Shown here one piece after another: positions 41,614-50,922 of a stretch of 64,000 nucleotides of DNA. The translations under genes were made by a program, and so were the position numbers. Each line of letters begins with the position of its first letter. Within the stretch, counting starts at the first letter, position 1. Below the pieces are notes generated by a model, which made no database searches, had not been told where the DNA came from, and saw only the letters and a list, made by a program, of their open reading frames with translations. The DNA is taken from assembly GCA_038246545.1 (NCBI GenBank), contig JBBRVW010000013.1, forward strand, positions 6,183-70,182, written 5' to 3'. This DNA is from Actinomycetes bacterium. GTDB lineage: Bacteria; Actinomycetota; Actinomycetes; JACCUZ01.

Positions 41614-44600
41614 GCCCGCAGTCTGAGGCCACGGGGCGTGGCGTGGAAACCGGCCTCCTCGAGAGCCAGCCCGAGCGGTGAGTGCAGCACCCCCGCGCCG
41701 TCGGCCCGCTCGACCGTGAGCCGGCCGAGCAGGCCGTCGCGCACCGCGAGCGACAAGGCGTCGACCGCCGGCTGGAGCACCGCGGGGTCGTCGGCCCAGG
41801 TCAGCAGCGTCCGGCCGCCGCGCTCGACGTAGAGGACCAGGCTGCCGTCGACCAGCACCACCAGGGCGCCGGCCTTGCGGCCCGGCTTGTGGCCGGCGTC
41901 CTCGCCGCTGCCGGGACCCCTCTTCGGCCATGGGACGGCCGCGCCGAAGGGGTTGGCGGGATCGGTGGCTGCCAGCACCACGGCGCGCGGGACGTCGGCG
42001 ACCGCCGCGCGGGCCACCGGCTCCTCACCGGCCCGCTCCAGAGCGGCGGCGACCGCGCGCAGCCGGTCGACCGCGCCGGGCAGGGCGAACTGGGCGGCAC
42101 CGAGGCCCTCGACGAAGTAGCCGCGCCGGCAGCGGCCGGTCTCCTCGAAGGTCGCGAGCACCCGGTAGACCGCGGCGAACCCACCGGGGGTGCGCTCGGC
42201 CTGCGCCGCGCCGCGCGTGACCACGCCGTGCCGGTCGAGGAGGACCTCGGCCAGCGTGGCGGCCCGGCGGGTCGGGTCGGTCTCGACGTCGGGCAGCAGC
42301 GACCAGCGGCCGACGGCACTGGGCGGGCCCGTGCGCGTCGGTACCTCGGCCCGGCCGGGACGCGGCCGCCCGTAGCGGCCGCGCGGTGCCGCCCGACGGG
42401 CCTTGTGGGCCCCGCGGCCACCGGCGACGAGGGCACGCAGCGGCGCGAGCGTGTCGTTGCTGAGGTGGCCCGACCAGGCCAGGTCCCACAGCACGCCGGC
42501 CAGCGCCTGGTCGTCGGTGGACCCCACGACATCGGACAGCCGCCGGAAGAAGAAGGCGCCGCCACCGGCGAGGGCGCCGAGCACGGCCTCGTGCGCCGGG
42601 GTCGTGACGGCCGCGGCGTCGGGCTCGGGCAGGGTGAGGTGCGCGGTGTCGGCGAGGTGCATGGACACCCAGCCGTCCGACCCGGGCAGCGAGCCGTGGC
42701 CGCGCCAGATCACCTCACCCGCGGCGGACAGCTCGTCGAGCAGCGCGGGGGAGTAGCCCTGGACCCGGGCCGGCAGCACGATCGATTCCAGCGCCGACGC
42801 CGGCACCTGGGCGCCCTGCAGCTGCTCGACCGCACGCAGCACGCCCTCGGCGCCGCGCAGCCGGCTGCCGACCTGCTGCCACGCGGGCAGGAACGAGGCC
42901 AGCGCCTCGACCGGCACCGGCTCGACCTCCTTGCGCAGGACGGCCAGCGACCGGCGGCGCAGGGTGCGCAGCACCTCGGCGTCGCACCACTCGGCGCCCG
43001 ACCCGCCGGGCAGGAACTCGCCGGCCATCACCCGGCCGCTGCCGGCGAGCCGCTGCAGGGTCTGCTCGACCACGGCGACGCCGAGGCCGAGCCGGCTCGC
43101 GACGTCGGCGGTGGTGAACGGCACGTGGGTGCGGGCGTAGCGCGCCACCAGGTCGCCGATCGGGTCGCGCACCGGCTCGAGGAAGGCCTGCGGGATCCCG
43201 ACCGGCATCGGGGTGCCCAGCGCGTCGCGCAGCCGCCCGGCGTCCTCGACGGCGACCCACCGTTCCTCGCCGGCGACGCGCAGCCGGACGGCGCGGCGGG
43301 CCTCCTCGAGGTCGGCCAGCCAGGCCGGCTGGGCGCCACGCTCGACCGCCTCGGCGGTGCTCAGCGGCCCGAGCACCCGCAGCAGGTCGGCCACCCCTTC
43401 GAGGTCGCGGGCCCGCCGCTCGTCGGACACCCGCTGCAGGTCGGCGGCGAGCGAGGCGATCGCCGCCGGGTCGAGAAGCTCGCGCAGCCCGCCGTACCCC
43501 TGCTGCCCGAGCAGCTCGGCGAGCAGCGTCTGGTCCAGTGAGAGCGCGGTGGCCCGGCGCTCGGCCAGCGGCGAGTCGCCCTCGTAGAGGAACTGCGCGA
43601 CGTAGCCGAACAGCAGCGACCGCGCGAACGGCGACGGCTGCGGCGTCTCGACCTCGACGAAGCGCACTGTGCGCTCCTCGACGTCGCGCATCAGCCCCAC
43701 CAGACCGGGAACGTCGAAGACGTCCTGCAGGCACTCGCGCATCGTCTCGAGCACCACCGGGAACGAGCCGTAGTCGCTGGCGACCGACAGCAGCTGCGCC
43801 GACCGCTGCCGCTGCTGCCACAGCGGGCTGCGCCGGCCAGGGTTGCGCCGGGGGAGAAGGAGGGCCCGCGCCGCGCACTCCCGGAACCGCGACGCGAACA
43901 GGGCGGAGCCACCGACCTCGGCGGTGACCAGCGGCTCGACCTCGTCGGGATCGACCACGGCCATCTCGGTGCCGGTGCGCGCCCCCTCGCCCTCCTCGAG
44001 CTCGACGTCGGGCAGCCGCAGCACGATGCCGTCGTCGGCGTGCATCGCCTGCACGTCGACGCCGTACCGCTCGCGCAGCCGGGCGGCCACCACCAGCGCC
44101 CAGGGTGCGTGCACCTGCGAGCCGAACGGCGAGTGGATGGCCACCCGCCAGTCGCCGAGCTCGTCGCGGAACCGCTCGACCACGATGGTGCGGTCGTCCG
44201 GGAGGTGGCCGGTCGCGGCGCGCTGCTCGTCGAGGTAGGCGAGCAGGTTGCCGGCGGCCCACTCGTCAAGACCCGCGGCCCTCACCCGCGCTGTGGCGTC
44301 TGCCGGCGACAGAGCGCCGAGCTCACGCGTGAACGCGCCGAGCGCGCGGCCCAGCTCGACCGGCCGGCCGAGGGTGTCGCCCTTCCAGAACGGCAGTCTC
44401 CCGGGCTGGCCGGGTGCCGGCGTGACGAGCACCTGGTCGTGGGTGATGTCCTCGATCCGCCACGACGTGGAGCCGAGGGTGAACACGTCGCCGACGCGCG
44501 ACTCGTAGACCATCTCCTCGTCCAGCTCGCCGACGCGAGACTTCTTCTCGCCCACCAGGAAGACGCCGAACAGGCCCCTGTCCGGGATGGTGCCGCCGCT

Positions 44601-46235
44601 GGTGACGGCGAGCCGCTGCGCGCCGGGCCGGCCGGTGACCGTGCCGCCGACGCGGTCCCACACCAGCCTTGGGCGCAGCTCGGCGAACTCGTCGCTCGGG
44701 TAGCGCCCGGCGAGCATGTCCAGCACCGACTCGAAGGCGCTGCGGGGGAGCGAGGCGTAGGGCGCGGCGCGGCGCACCACGTCGTAGAGCACCTCGACCT
44801 CCCACTCGTCCACGCTCACCATCGCGACGATCTGCTGGGCGAGCACGTCGAGTGGGTTGCGCGGGTAGCGGGTGGACTCGATCTGGCCGGCACGCATCCG
44901 CTCGGCGACCACGGCGGTCTGCACGAGGTCGCCCCGGTACTTGGGGAAGATGACGCCGCGCGACACGGCGCCGACCTGGTGGCCGGCCCGGCCGACGCGC
45001 TGCAGGCCGCTGGCCACCGACGGAGGCGACTCGACCTGGATGACGAGGTCGACGGCGCCCATGTCGATGCCGAGCTCGAGGCTGGAGGTGGCGACCACGG
45101 CAGGGAGCCGGCCGGCCTTGAGGGCCTCCTCGGTCTCGCCGCGCTGTTCCTTGGACACCGAGCCGTGGTGGGCCCGGGCGATCTCAGGGATTGCCGCGTC
45201 GGGGCGCGCGACGGTGGCACCCGACTGCGCCATCACCTGGGCCGGCTGGAGGGTGCCGGGCTCGGAGAGCGCCTCGCAGGTCGCGCGCTCGTAGGCGATC
45301 TCGTTGAGCCGGGCGCACAACCGCTCGGCGAGACGGCGCGAGTTGGCGAAGACGATGGTCGACCGGTGCGCCTGCACGAGGTCGACGATGCGCTCCTCGA
45401 CGTGCGGCCAGATCGACCTACGTCGTTCCTCTCCCGCGGCGGACCCGCTCACCTCACCGGTGGACTGGCCCAGCTCGGCGAGGTCCTCGACCGGGACGAC
45501 GACCTCGAGCTCGACGGTCTTGCTCGTCGGAGGCTGGACGACCTCGACGTCGTGCGGGCCGCCGAGGAACCGCGCGACCTCCTCGACCGGCCGGACGGTG
45601 GCGGAGAGCCCGATGCGCTGGGCTGGCTGGTCGAGCAGCTGGTCGAGGCGTTCGAGCGAGAGCGCGAGGTGGGCGCCGCGCTTGGTGCCCGACACCGCGT
45701 GCACCTCGTCGATGATGACGGTCTCGACGCCGCGCAGCGACTCGCGGGCCTGCGAGGTGAGCAGCAGGAAGAGCGACTCGGGTGTGGTGATGAGGATGTC
45801 GGGTGGCGTGCGGCCGAACCGTCGGCGCTCGTCGGCCGGGGTGTCGCCGGAGCGCACGCCCACCGTGAGGTCGGGCTCGGGGAGCCCGAGCCGGGTGGCG
45901 GCGTGCCGGATGCCAGCCAACGGGGCGCGCAGGTTGCGCTCGACGTCGACGGCCAGCGCCTTCATCGGGCTGACGTAGAGCACCCGGCAGCGGCGCACCG
46001 CCTCGGCCGGCGGCGGCTCGGCCGCCAGCCGGTCGATCGACCACAGGAAGGCGGCCAGCGTCTTGCCGGACCCGGTGGGCGCCACCACGAGGGCGTTTCG
46101 GCCGGCCGACACGGCGTCCCACGCGCCCTCCTGGGCGGCGGTGGGCGCGGCGAACGAGGCGTCGAACCACGCCTGGGTGGCCGCCGAGAACCTCGGGGCC
46201 GCTGCTGCCGGACTCACCGGGCCATCCTCGCCCAC
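41610..46235 (-). CDS. lhr: Lhr-like ATP-dependent helicase (full-length, with Lhr C-terminal domain)
   Basis: 1541 aa. DEAD/DEAH helicase motifs (APTGSGKT, DEVH, SAT) plus long Lhr-specific C-terminal extension. Confidence 0.9.
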   Translation of the reverse strand: MGEDGPVSPAAAAPRFSAATQAWFDASFAAPTAAQEGAWDAVSAGRNALVVAPTGSGKTLAAFLWSIDRLAAEPPPAEAVRRCRVLYVSPMKALAVDVERNLRAPLAGIRHAATRLGLPEPDLTVGVRSGDTPADERRRFGRTPPDILITTPESLFLLLTSQARESLRGVETVIIDEVHAVSGTKRGAHLALSLERLDQLLDQPAQRIGLSATVRPVEEVARFLGGPHDVEVVQPPTSKTVELEVVVPVEDLAELGQSTGEVSGSAAGEERRRSIWPHVEERIVDLVQAHRSTIVFANSRRLAERLCARLNEIAYERATCEALSEPGTLQPAQVMAQSGATVARPDAAIPEIARAHHGSVSKEQRGETEEALKAGRLPAVVATSSLELGIDMGAVDLVIQVESPPSVASGLQRVGRAGHQVGAVSRGVIFPKYRGDLVQTAVVAERMRAGQIESTRYPRNPLDVLAQQIVAMVSVDEWEVEVLYDVVRRAAPYASLPRSAFESVLDMLAGRYPSDEFAELRPRLVWDRVGGTVTGRPGAQRLAVTSGGTIPDRGLFGVFLVGEKKSRVGELDEEMVYESRVGDVFTLGSTSWRIEDITHDQVLVTPAPGQPGRLPFWKGDTLGRPVELGRALGAFTRELGALSPADATARVRAAGLDEWAAGNLLAYLDEQRAATGHLPDDRTIVVERFRDELGDWRVAIHSPFGSQVHAPWALVVAARLRERYGVDVQAMHADDGIVLRLPDVELEEGEGARTGTEMAVVDPDEVEPLVTAEVGGSALFASRFRECAARALLLPRRNPGRRSPLWQQRQRSAQLLSVASDYGSFPVVLETMRECLQDVFDVPGLVGLMRDVEERTVRFVEVETPQPSPFARSLLFGYVAQFLYEGDSPLAERRATALSLDQTLLAELLGQQGYGGLRELLDPAAIASLAADLQRVSDERRARDLEGVADLLRVLGPLSTAEAVERGAQPAWLADLEEARRAVRLRVAGEERWVAVEDAGRLRDALGTPMPVGIPQAFLEPVRDPIGDLVARYARTHVPFTTADVASRLGLGVAVVEQTLQRLAGSGRVMAGEFLPGGSGAEWCDAEVLRTLRRRSLAVLRKEVEPVPVEALASFLPAWQQVGSRLRGAEGVLRAVEQLQGAQVPASALESIVLPARVQGYSPALLDELSAAGEVIWRGHGSLPGSDGWVSMHLADTAHLTLPEPDAAAVTTPAHEAVLGALAGGGAFFFRRLSDVVGSTDDQALAGVLWDLAWSGHLSNDTLAPLRALVAGGRGAHKARRAAPRGRYGRPRPGRAEVPTRTGPPSAVGRWSLLPDVETDPTRRAATLAEVLLDRHGVVTRGAAQAERTPGGFAAVYRVLATFEETGRCRRGYFVEGLGAAQFALPGAVDRLRAVAAALERAGEEPVARAAVADVPRAVVLAATDPANPFGAAVPWPKRGPGSGEDAGHKPGRKAGALVVLVDGSLVLYVERGGRTLLTWADDPAVLQPAVDALSLAVRDGLLGRLTVERADGAGVLHSPLGLALEEAGFHATPRGLRLRA

Positions 46236-46305
46236 GGGTCGGACATCCGCAGGTGGGCGGTCCCGTGGTGGATGGCGCGGCTCTCCCGCCGGCCGCCGTC
46301 CTCCC

Positions 46306-46364
46306 TTGAGTGGCGCGAACTGGTTGCTTCAACGGCCTTGAAGCAGCCACTTCGCGCCACTCGA
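46306..46364. repeat. Palindromic REP-like repeat, copy 3 (TTGAGTGGCGCGAACTGGTTGCTTCAA-CGGCC-TTGAAGCAGCCACTTCGCGCCACTCGA)
   Basis: Shares the GAGTGGCGCGA...TTGCTTC/GAAGCA...GCGCCACTC architecture with copies 1 and 2. Located in the divergent region between lhr and the ABC ATPase gene. Confidence 0.6.
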
Positions 46365-46490
46365 CGAGCGGAGCTGGCAGCTTCCGCCTCAGCCGACGAT
46401 GGCGACGACCGGCCGGACAAAGCGTTCGATCATCGTCGGGGGGCCGGTCTAGGGTCGCTTCCCGTGCAGGAACAGAGCGACCGCCAGCCG

Positions 46491-47438
46491 ATGATCGAGG
46501 CCACCGGCCTGGTGAAGCGGTTCGGCGACTTCACCGCCGTCGACGGCATCGACGTCCGGGTCCAGCGGGGCGAGGCCTTCGGTTTCCTCGGCCCCAACGG
46601 GGCCGGCAAGTCCTCGACGATGCGGATGATCGGCTGCGTCTCGCCGGTCACCGAGGGCACCCTGCGGGTGCTCGGCCACGACCCGGCCGTCGACGGTGCA
46701 CGGATCCGGGCCCGGCTCGGCGTCGTACCGCAGGAGGACACCCTCGATCTCGAGCTGTCGGTCATGGAGAACCTCGTCGTCTACGGCCGGTACTTCGGGA
46801 TGTCGCGCAAGGCGGCCGCCGACCGTGGCCGGGAGCTGCTGGAGTTCGTGCAGCTCGAGGAGCGTGCGCACAGCCAGGTCGAGTCGATGTCGGGCGGGAT
46901 GAAGCGCCGGCTCACCATCGCGCGGTCGCTCATCAACGACCCCGACCTGCTGCTGCTCGACGAGCCGACCACCGGCCTCGACCCGCAGGCGCGGCACGTG
47001 GTGTGGGACCGGCTCTTCCGGCTCAAGCAGCGCGGCGTGACGCTCGTGCTCACGACCCACTACATGGACGAGGCCGAGCAGCTGTGCGACCGCCTCGTCG
47101 TCATGGACGGCGGCCGGATCGCGGCCGAGGGGTCGCCGGTCGCCCTGATCCGCGAGTGGTCCACCCGCGAGGTCGTCGAGCTGCGGTTCGCGGCCGGCGA
47201 CAACGAGACGCACGGCGAGAAGGTCGAGGCGCTGGTCGCCCAGCCCGGGCGGCCGCTGCAGACCCTGGTCAGCCGGATCGAGGTGCTGCCGGACCGGGTG
47301 CTGCTCTACAGCGACGACGGCGACGGCACGGTCGGCGAGCTGCACCGTGCCGGGGTGGCACCCGAGTCGGTGCTGGTCCGCCGGAGCAGCCTCGAGGACG
47401 TGTTCCTGCGCCTCACCGGGCGGAGCCTGGTCGAGTGA
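46491..47438 (+). CDS. ABC transporter ATP-binding protein (NodI/DrrA-like)
   Basis: ATG 46491. Walker A (GPNGAGKSS), signature (MSGGMKRRL), Walker B (LLLDEP). Confidence 0.9.
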   Translation: MIEATGLVKRFGDFTAVDGIDVRVQRGEAFGFLGPNGAGKSSTMRMIGCVSPVTEGTLRVLGHDPAVDGARIRARLGVVPQEDTLDLELSVMENLVVYGRYFGMSRKAAADRGRELLEFVQLEERAHSQVESMSGGMKRRLTIARSLINDPDLLLLDEPTTGLDPQARHVVWDRLFRLKQRGVTLVLTTHYMDEAEQLCDRLVVMDGGRIAAEGSPVALIREWSTREVVELRFAAGDNETHGEKVEALVAQPGRPLQTLVSRIEVLPDRVLLYSDDGDGTVGELHRAGVAPESVLVRRSSLEDVFLRLTGRSLVE

Positions 47439-48268
47439 CCACGACCCTCCCCACCGCCCCCACCGCACCCGCGCTGCCGCCCGCCCCGTCGACGGCGCGC
47501 CTCGTCGGCCGGGCGGTCGAGTTCTGGCGGATGCAGTTCCGCCGTACCTGGCGGGGCACCTGGGCCAGCACCGTGCTCACACCGCTCGGCTTCCTCGCGG
47601 CAATGGGCCTCGGTCTCGGCTCGATCGTCGACAACGGCTCCGGTGCCGACACCCTCGGCGGGGTCAGCTACCTCGACTTCATCGCGCCGGGGCTGCTCGC
47701 CGCCTCGATCATGCAGCAGGCGAGCTTCGAGTCGAGCTATCCCGTGCTCGGTGCCATCAAGTGGGCCAAGCAGTACCACGCACAGCTCGCGACACCGCTG
47801 CGCGTGCGCGACGCCCTGACCGGCCACCTGCTCTGGGTGGCGCTCCGGCTCGGCATCAGCGCGCTGGTCTTCCTCATCGTGATGGCACTGTTCACGACGT
47901 TCCACTCGTGGTGGGCGGTGCTCTGCCTGCCGGCGGCGGTGCTGACGGGCATGGCGTTCGTGCCCGGGGTGTTCGCGTACGCCGCGACGCTCGAGACCGA
48001 CAGCGGCTTCGCGCTGCTGTTCCGGTTCGTCATCATGCCCATGTTCCTGTTCTCCGGGACGTTCTTCCCGGTCTCCCAGCTGCCCGACTGGCTGGAGCCG
48101 GTGGCCTACGCGGTGCCGCTGTGGCACGGCGTCGACCTGTGCCGCGACCTCGCCCTCGGCACCGCGTCGCTGCTCCCGTCGCTCGGGCACGTGGCCTACC
48201 TGCTGCTCTGGGTCGCCGGTGGCTACGCCCTGGCGCTGCGGACGTTCTCGAAACGGCTGGTCACGTGA
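47435..48268 (+). CDS. ABC-2 type transporter permease
   Basis: GTG 47435 overlapping the ATPase stop. Polytopic. Confidence 0.8.
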   Translation: MTTTLPTAPTAPALPPAPSTARLVGRAVEFWRMQFRRTWRGTWASTVLTPLGFLAAMGLGLGSIVDNGSGADTLGGVSYLDFIAPGLLAASIMQQASFESSYPVLGAIKWAKQYHAQLATPLRVRDALTGHLLWVALRLGISALVFLIVMALFTTFHSWWAVLCLPAAVLTGMAFVPGVFAYAATLETDSGFALLFRFVIMPMFLFSGTFFPVSQLPDWLEPVAYAVPLWHGVDLCRDLALGTASLLPSLGHVAYLLLWVAGGYALALRTFSKRLVT

Positions 48269-49095
48269 GCGCCCCCGCCGTACAGCCGTCCTCCTTGCGG
48301 CTCACGCCGCCGCTGCTGCAGCGCTTCGTCGGTACGGGCGGCGCACGGCACCTCGTCGAGCGCAACGCGCGCGTCTACCGTCGCGAGTGGCTGGTGCTGG
48401 TCTCCGGGTTCCTCGAGCCGATCTTCTACCTGTTCTCGCTCGGCATCGGCGTCTCGAAGCTGGTCGGCGACGTGGCGCTGCCGGGCGGGGAGGTGGTCAC
48501 CTACACCGCGTTCGTCGCGCCGGCGATGCTCGCGGCCAGCGCCATGAACGGCGCCATCATCGACGCGACGTTCAGCCTGTTCTTCAAGCTGAAGTACAAC
48601 AAGCTCTACGACGCCGTGCTCGCCACGCCGGTAACGCCCGTCGACGTCGCGATCGGTGAGATCACCTGGGCGCTGATGCGCGGGTCGATGTACTCCATCT
48701 CGTTCGTCGTGGTCATGCTGTTGATGGGACTCATCTCGTCGTGGTGGGCGGTTCTGGCGATCCCCGTCGTGGTGCTCACCGGCTTCGCGTTCGCCGCGAT
48801 CGGCACGGCCTGCACGACGTACATGCGGTCGTGGCAGGACTTCAGCTACATCACATTGGTGCAGCTGCCGATCTTCCTGTTCTCCGCGACGTTCTACCCG
48901 CTGTCGGTCTACCCCGAGTCGCTGCAGTGGGTGGTGCGCTGCTCGCCGCTGTACCACTCGGCGACGCTGCTCCGCGACCTCACCACCGGCACGGTCGGGC
49001 TCGGCTCGTTCGTGCACGTCGCGGTGCTCATCGGTCTGGGCCTCGTCGGCATGGTGGTCACCGGCCGTCGGCTGGAGAAGCTGCTCCTCACCTGA
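48265..49095 (+). CDS. ABC-2 type transporter permease (second subunit)
   Basis: GTG 48265 overlapping the previous stop. Polytopic. Confidence 0.8.
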   Translation: MSAPAVQPSSLRLTPPLLQRFVGTGGARHLVERNARVYRREWLVLVSGFLEPIFYLFSLGIGVSKLVGDVALPGGEVVTYTAFVAPAMLAASAMNGAIIDATFSLFFKLKYNKLYDAVLATPVTPVDVAIGEITWALMRGSMYSISFVVVMLLMGLISSWWAVLAIPVVVLTGFAFAAIGTACTTYMRSWQDFSYITLVQLPIFLFSATFYPLSVYPESLQWVVRCSPLYHSATLLRDLTTGTVGLGSFVHVAVLIGLGLVGMVVTGRRLEKLLLT

Positions 49096-49099
49096 GGCA

Positions 49100-50383
49100 C
49101 TACGGCGTCGTGATGTCCAGCCGGTGCCAGGTCCCGGCGCCGTCGTCGGTCCGCCACAGTGCCGAGTCGATGATCGCGTAGCCGACGTTCCGGTTGGTGA
49201 AGCCGAGGTAGCTCACGAGCTCCCCGGTGGGGGGCTTCGCGACCTCGGTCAGGCTGCCGTTCATGGCGAGCCGCGCCAGCGGCAGCGTCGGCACGCCCAG
49301 GACGGCCTCGCCGGTGCCGCGTGCGCCGACTACGACGCTGTTGGGCAGCGAGCCCTGACCGGTGTCGGCCGGCGCGTCGGTCCACGTCCTCCCGCCGTCG
49401 TTGGACGCGGCGAGGTGCGCGGCCGTCCCCGTCACGCAGGTCGCCCACAGCGTGTCCGACCCGGACAGCCGGGTGTCGAGCGATCCCCGGCAAGGGTTGG
49501 CACCCTTCGAGAACGTGCCGGAGGCGTTCGACCAGGCAGGCGACCTGTCCGCGCCCAGGACGGTCACCGTGTTGCCCTGGACGGCCAGCGCCCCTGGCGC
49601 GGTGACCACTACCTGGCCCGGCACGGGCTGCCAGTCGTCCTCCCCGACGGGAGCGCTCCAGAGCCGGTCGTCCGCGAGATCCCCGCCGGTCTCGTTCGCC
49701 GCGACGAGCGCCCAGACCCGGCCGCTCGCAGCCTCGAGGGCGCGGACGTTGGCCGGGAGCTGGACGTAGTGCCAGCTGTGCCCTCCGTCGTGAGTGGCTT
49801 GCAGGTCTCCCCCGAACAGCCAGCCGTCGTCCGCGCTTCCGAAGCGGACGTCGCTCACGACGTTTCCGTCCGCGCTGCCGAGCTCCGGGGTACCGGCGAC
49901 CCGGTCCGACGGGAGCGGGAGCGACGAGAAGGTCGCGCCGCCGTCGTGCGACTCGGCAAGGCGCAGGCAGCCGGTGCATCCACTGTCGCCGGTCGACCCC
50001 AGGACGACGATCGTCCGGGTGCTGGTCGCGGTCACCGACATCACGCGTGCGCCGTCCCAGGCCGCACCGGTGGGGGTCGGCGTCGGGGTGGGCTCGGCGG
50101 CCCGGGCCGCGTCGGTCTGGTGGCCGGTGCCGCCGGACGCGGACGTCGCCGGGCCGCTGCCGGTGGAGGCGCGCGGCTGGTGGGCGAGGAGGGCGCTGCC
50201 GGCGACCGCGACGACGACGACCGCACCGGCCACGGCGGTCACTGCCGCGCGTCGCCGGCGTCGCCGGGTGGCGCCGGCGTGCACCGCATCGATCCGCACC
50301 AGGTGGGTCGTCAGCGCGAGGCGGTCGTCGGTCAGCAGGTCGCGCAGGTCGCGCTCGAGCGGGTCGCGGTCGAGCGGGTCCAT
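49100..50383 (-). CDS. Membrane-anchored BNR/Asp-box repeat beta-propeller protein (possible anti-sigma / sigma-associated factor)
   Basis: ATG 50383..50381. N-terminal cytoplasmic segment and one TM helix (AAVTAVAGAVVVVAVAGSALLA). Then repeated S.DGG.TW/SW motifs (HDGGATFS, HDGGHSWH, NDGGRTWT). Immediately downstream of the ECF sigma gene, 52-nt overlap. Confidence 0.5.
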   Translation of the reverse strand: MDPLDRDPLERDLRDLLTDDRLALTTHLVRIDAVHAGATRRRRRRAAVTAVAGAVVVVAVAGSALLAHQPRASTGSGPATSASGGTGHQTDAARAAEPTPTPTPTGAAWDGARVMSVTATSTRTIVVLGSTGDSGCTGCLRLAESHDGGATFSSLPLPSDRVAGTPELGSADGNVVSDVRFGSADDGWLFGGDLQATHDGGHSWHYVQLPANVRALEAASGRVWALVAANETGGDLADDRLWSAPVGEDDWQPVPGQVVVTAPGALAVQGNTVTVLGADRSPAWSNASGTFSKGANPCRGSLDTRLSGSDTLWATCVTGTAAHLAASNDGGRTWTDAPADTGQGSLPNSVVVGARGTGEAVLGVPTLPLARLAMNGSLTEVAKPPTGELVSYLGFTNRNVGYAIIDSALWRTDDGAGTWHRLDITTP

Positions 50384-50883
50384 GTGCGCACCCCCTCGGA
50401 GTCGGTGGCGGAGCGGTCGCGCGGCTTGGCGAGCGCCTTCCAGGTCTGGCTCTTCACGGTGCCGACCGAGCAGCCCAGAGCCGCCGCGGTGTCGGCCTCG
50501 GACAGGTCCTCGTAGTAGCGCAGCACCAGCACGGCGCGCTGCCGCGGCGGCAGCGTCGACAGGGCGGCCCATAGATCGCCGTCGAACGCCCGCTTGGCCG
50601 TCCTCGGGTCGTAGGGCGTGTCCGGGGTGTCGGCCACCAGGCGCTCGCGGCGCTGGCGCCGCCAGACGCTCACGTGCCGGTTGACGATGGCGCGGCGGAC
50701 GTACGCGACCGGGTCGTCCTTGCGCACGACGCGGTCCCACGACATCAACGTGCGCTCCAGGGCGTCCTGGACGAGGTCGGCAGCACGGTGTGGATCTCCG
50801 GTCAGCACGTGCGCGAACCGCAGCAGCTCGCGCATCCGGCCACGCGCGAACACGTCGAACGCGTCCTGCTCGTCTGCCATCAC
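50332..50883 (-). CDS. ECF-type RNA polymerase sigma factor
   Basis: Sigma-70 region 2 (...DLVQDALERTLMSW...) and region 4 HTH (RQRAVLVLRYYEDLSEADTAAALGCSVGTVKSQTWKALAK). Confidence 0.75.
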   Translation of the reverse strand: MMADEQDAFDVFARGRMRELLRFAHVLTGDPHRAADLVQDALERTLMSWDRVVRKDDPVAYVRRAIVNRHVSVWRRQRRERLVADTPDTPYDPRTAKRAFDGDLWAALSTLPPRQRAVLVLRYYEDLSEADTAAALGCSVGTVKSQTWKALAKPRDRSATDSEGVRTWTRSTATRSSATCATC

Positions 50884-50922
50884 GCCCCTAGCGACGTCCC
50901 AGCCACCCCGGAGGTTGCCTGC

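Noticed and set aside
44040-47438. 1132-aa plus-strand ORF spanning antisense of lhr into the ABC ATPase
   Set aside because: Only the final 315 codons (from ATG 46491) encode the ABC ATPase. The upstream part is antisense to lhr, low-complexity, and crosses the lhr promoter region.
49124-50515. 463-aa plus-strand ORF antisense to the BNR-propeller gene
   Set aside because: Gly/Arg-rich shadow. The minus strand shows Asp-box repeats and a TM helix.
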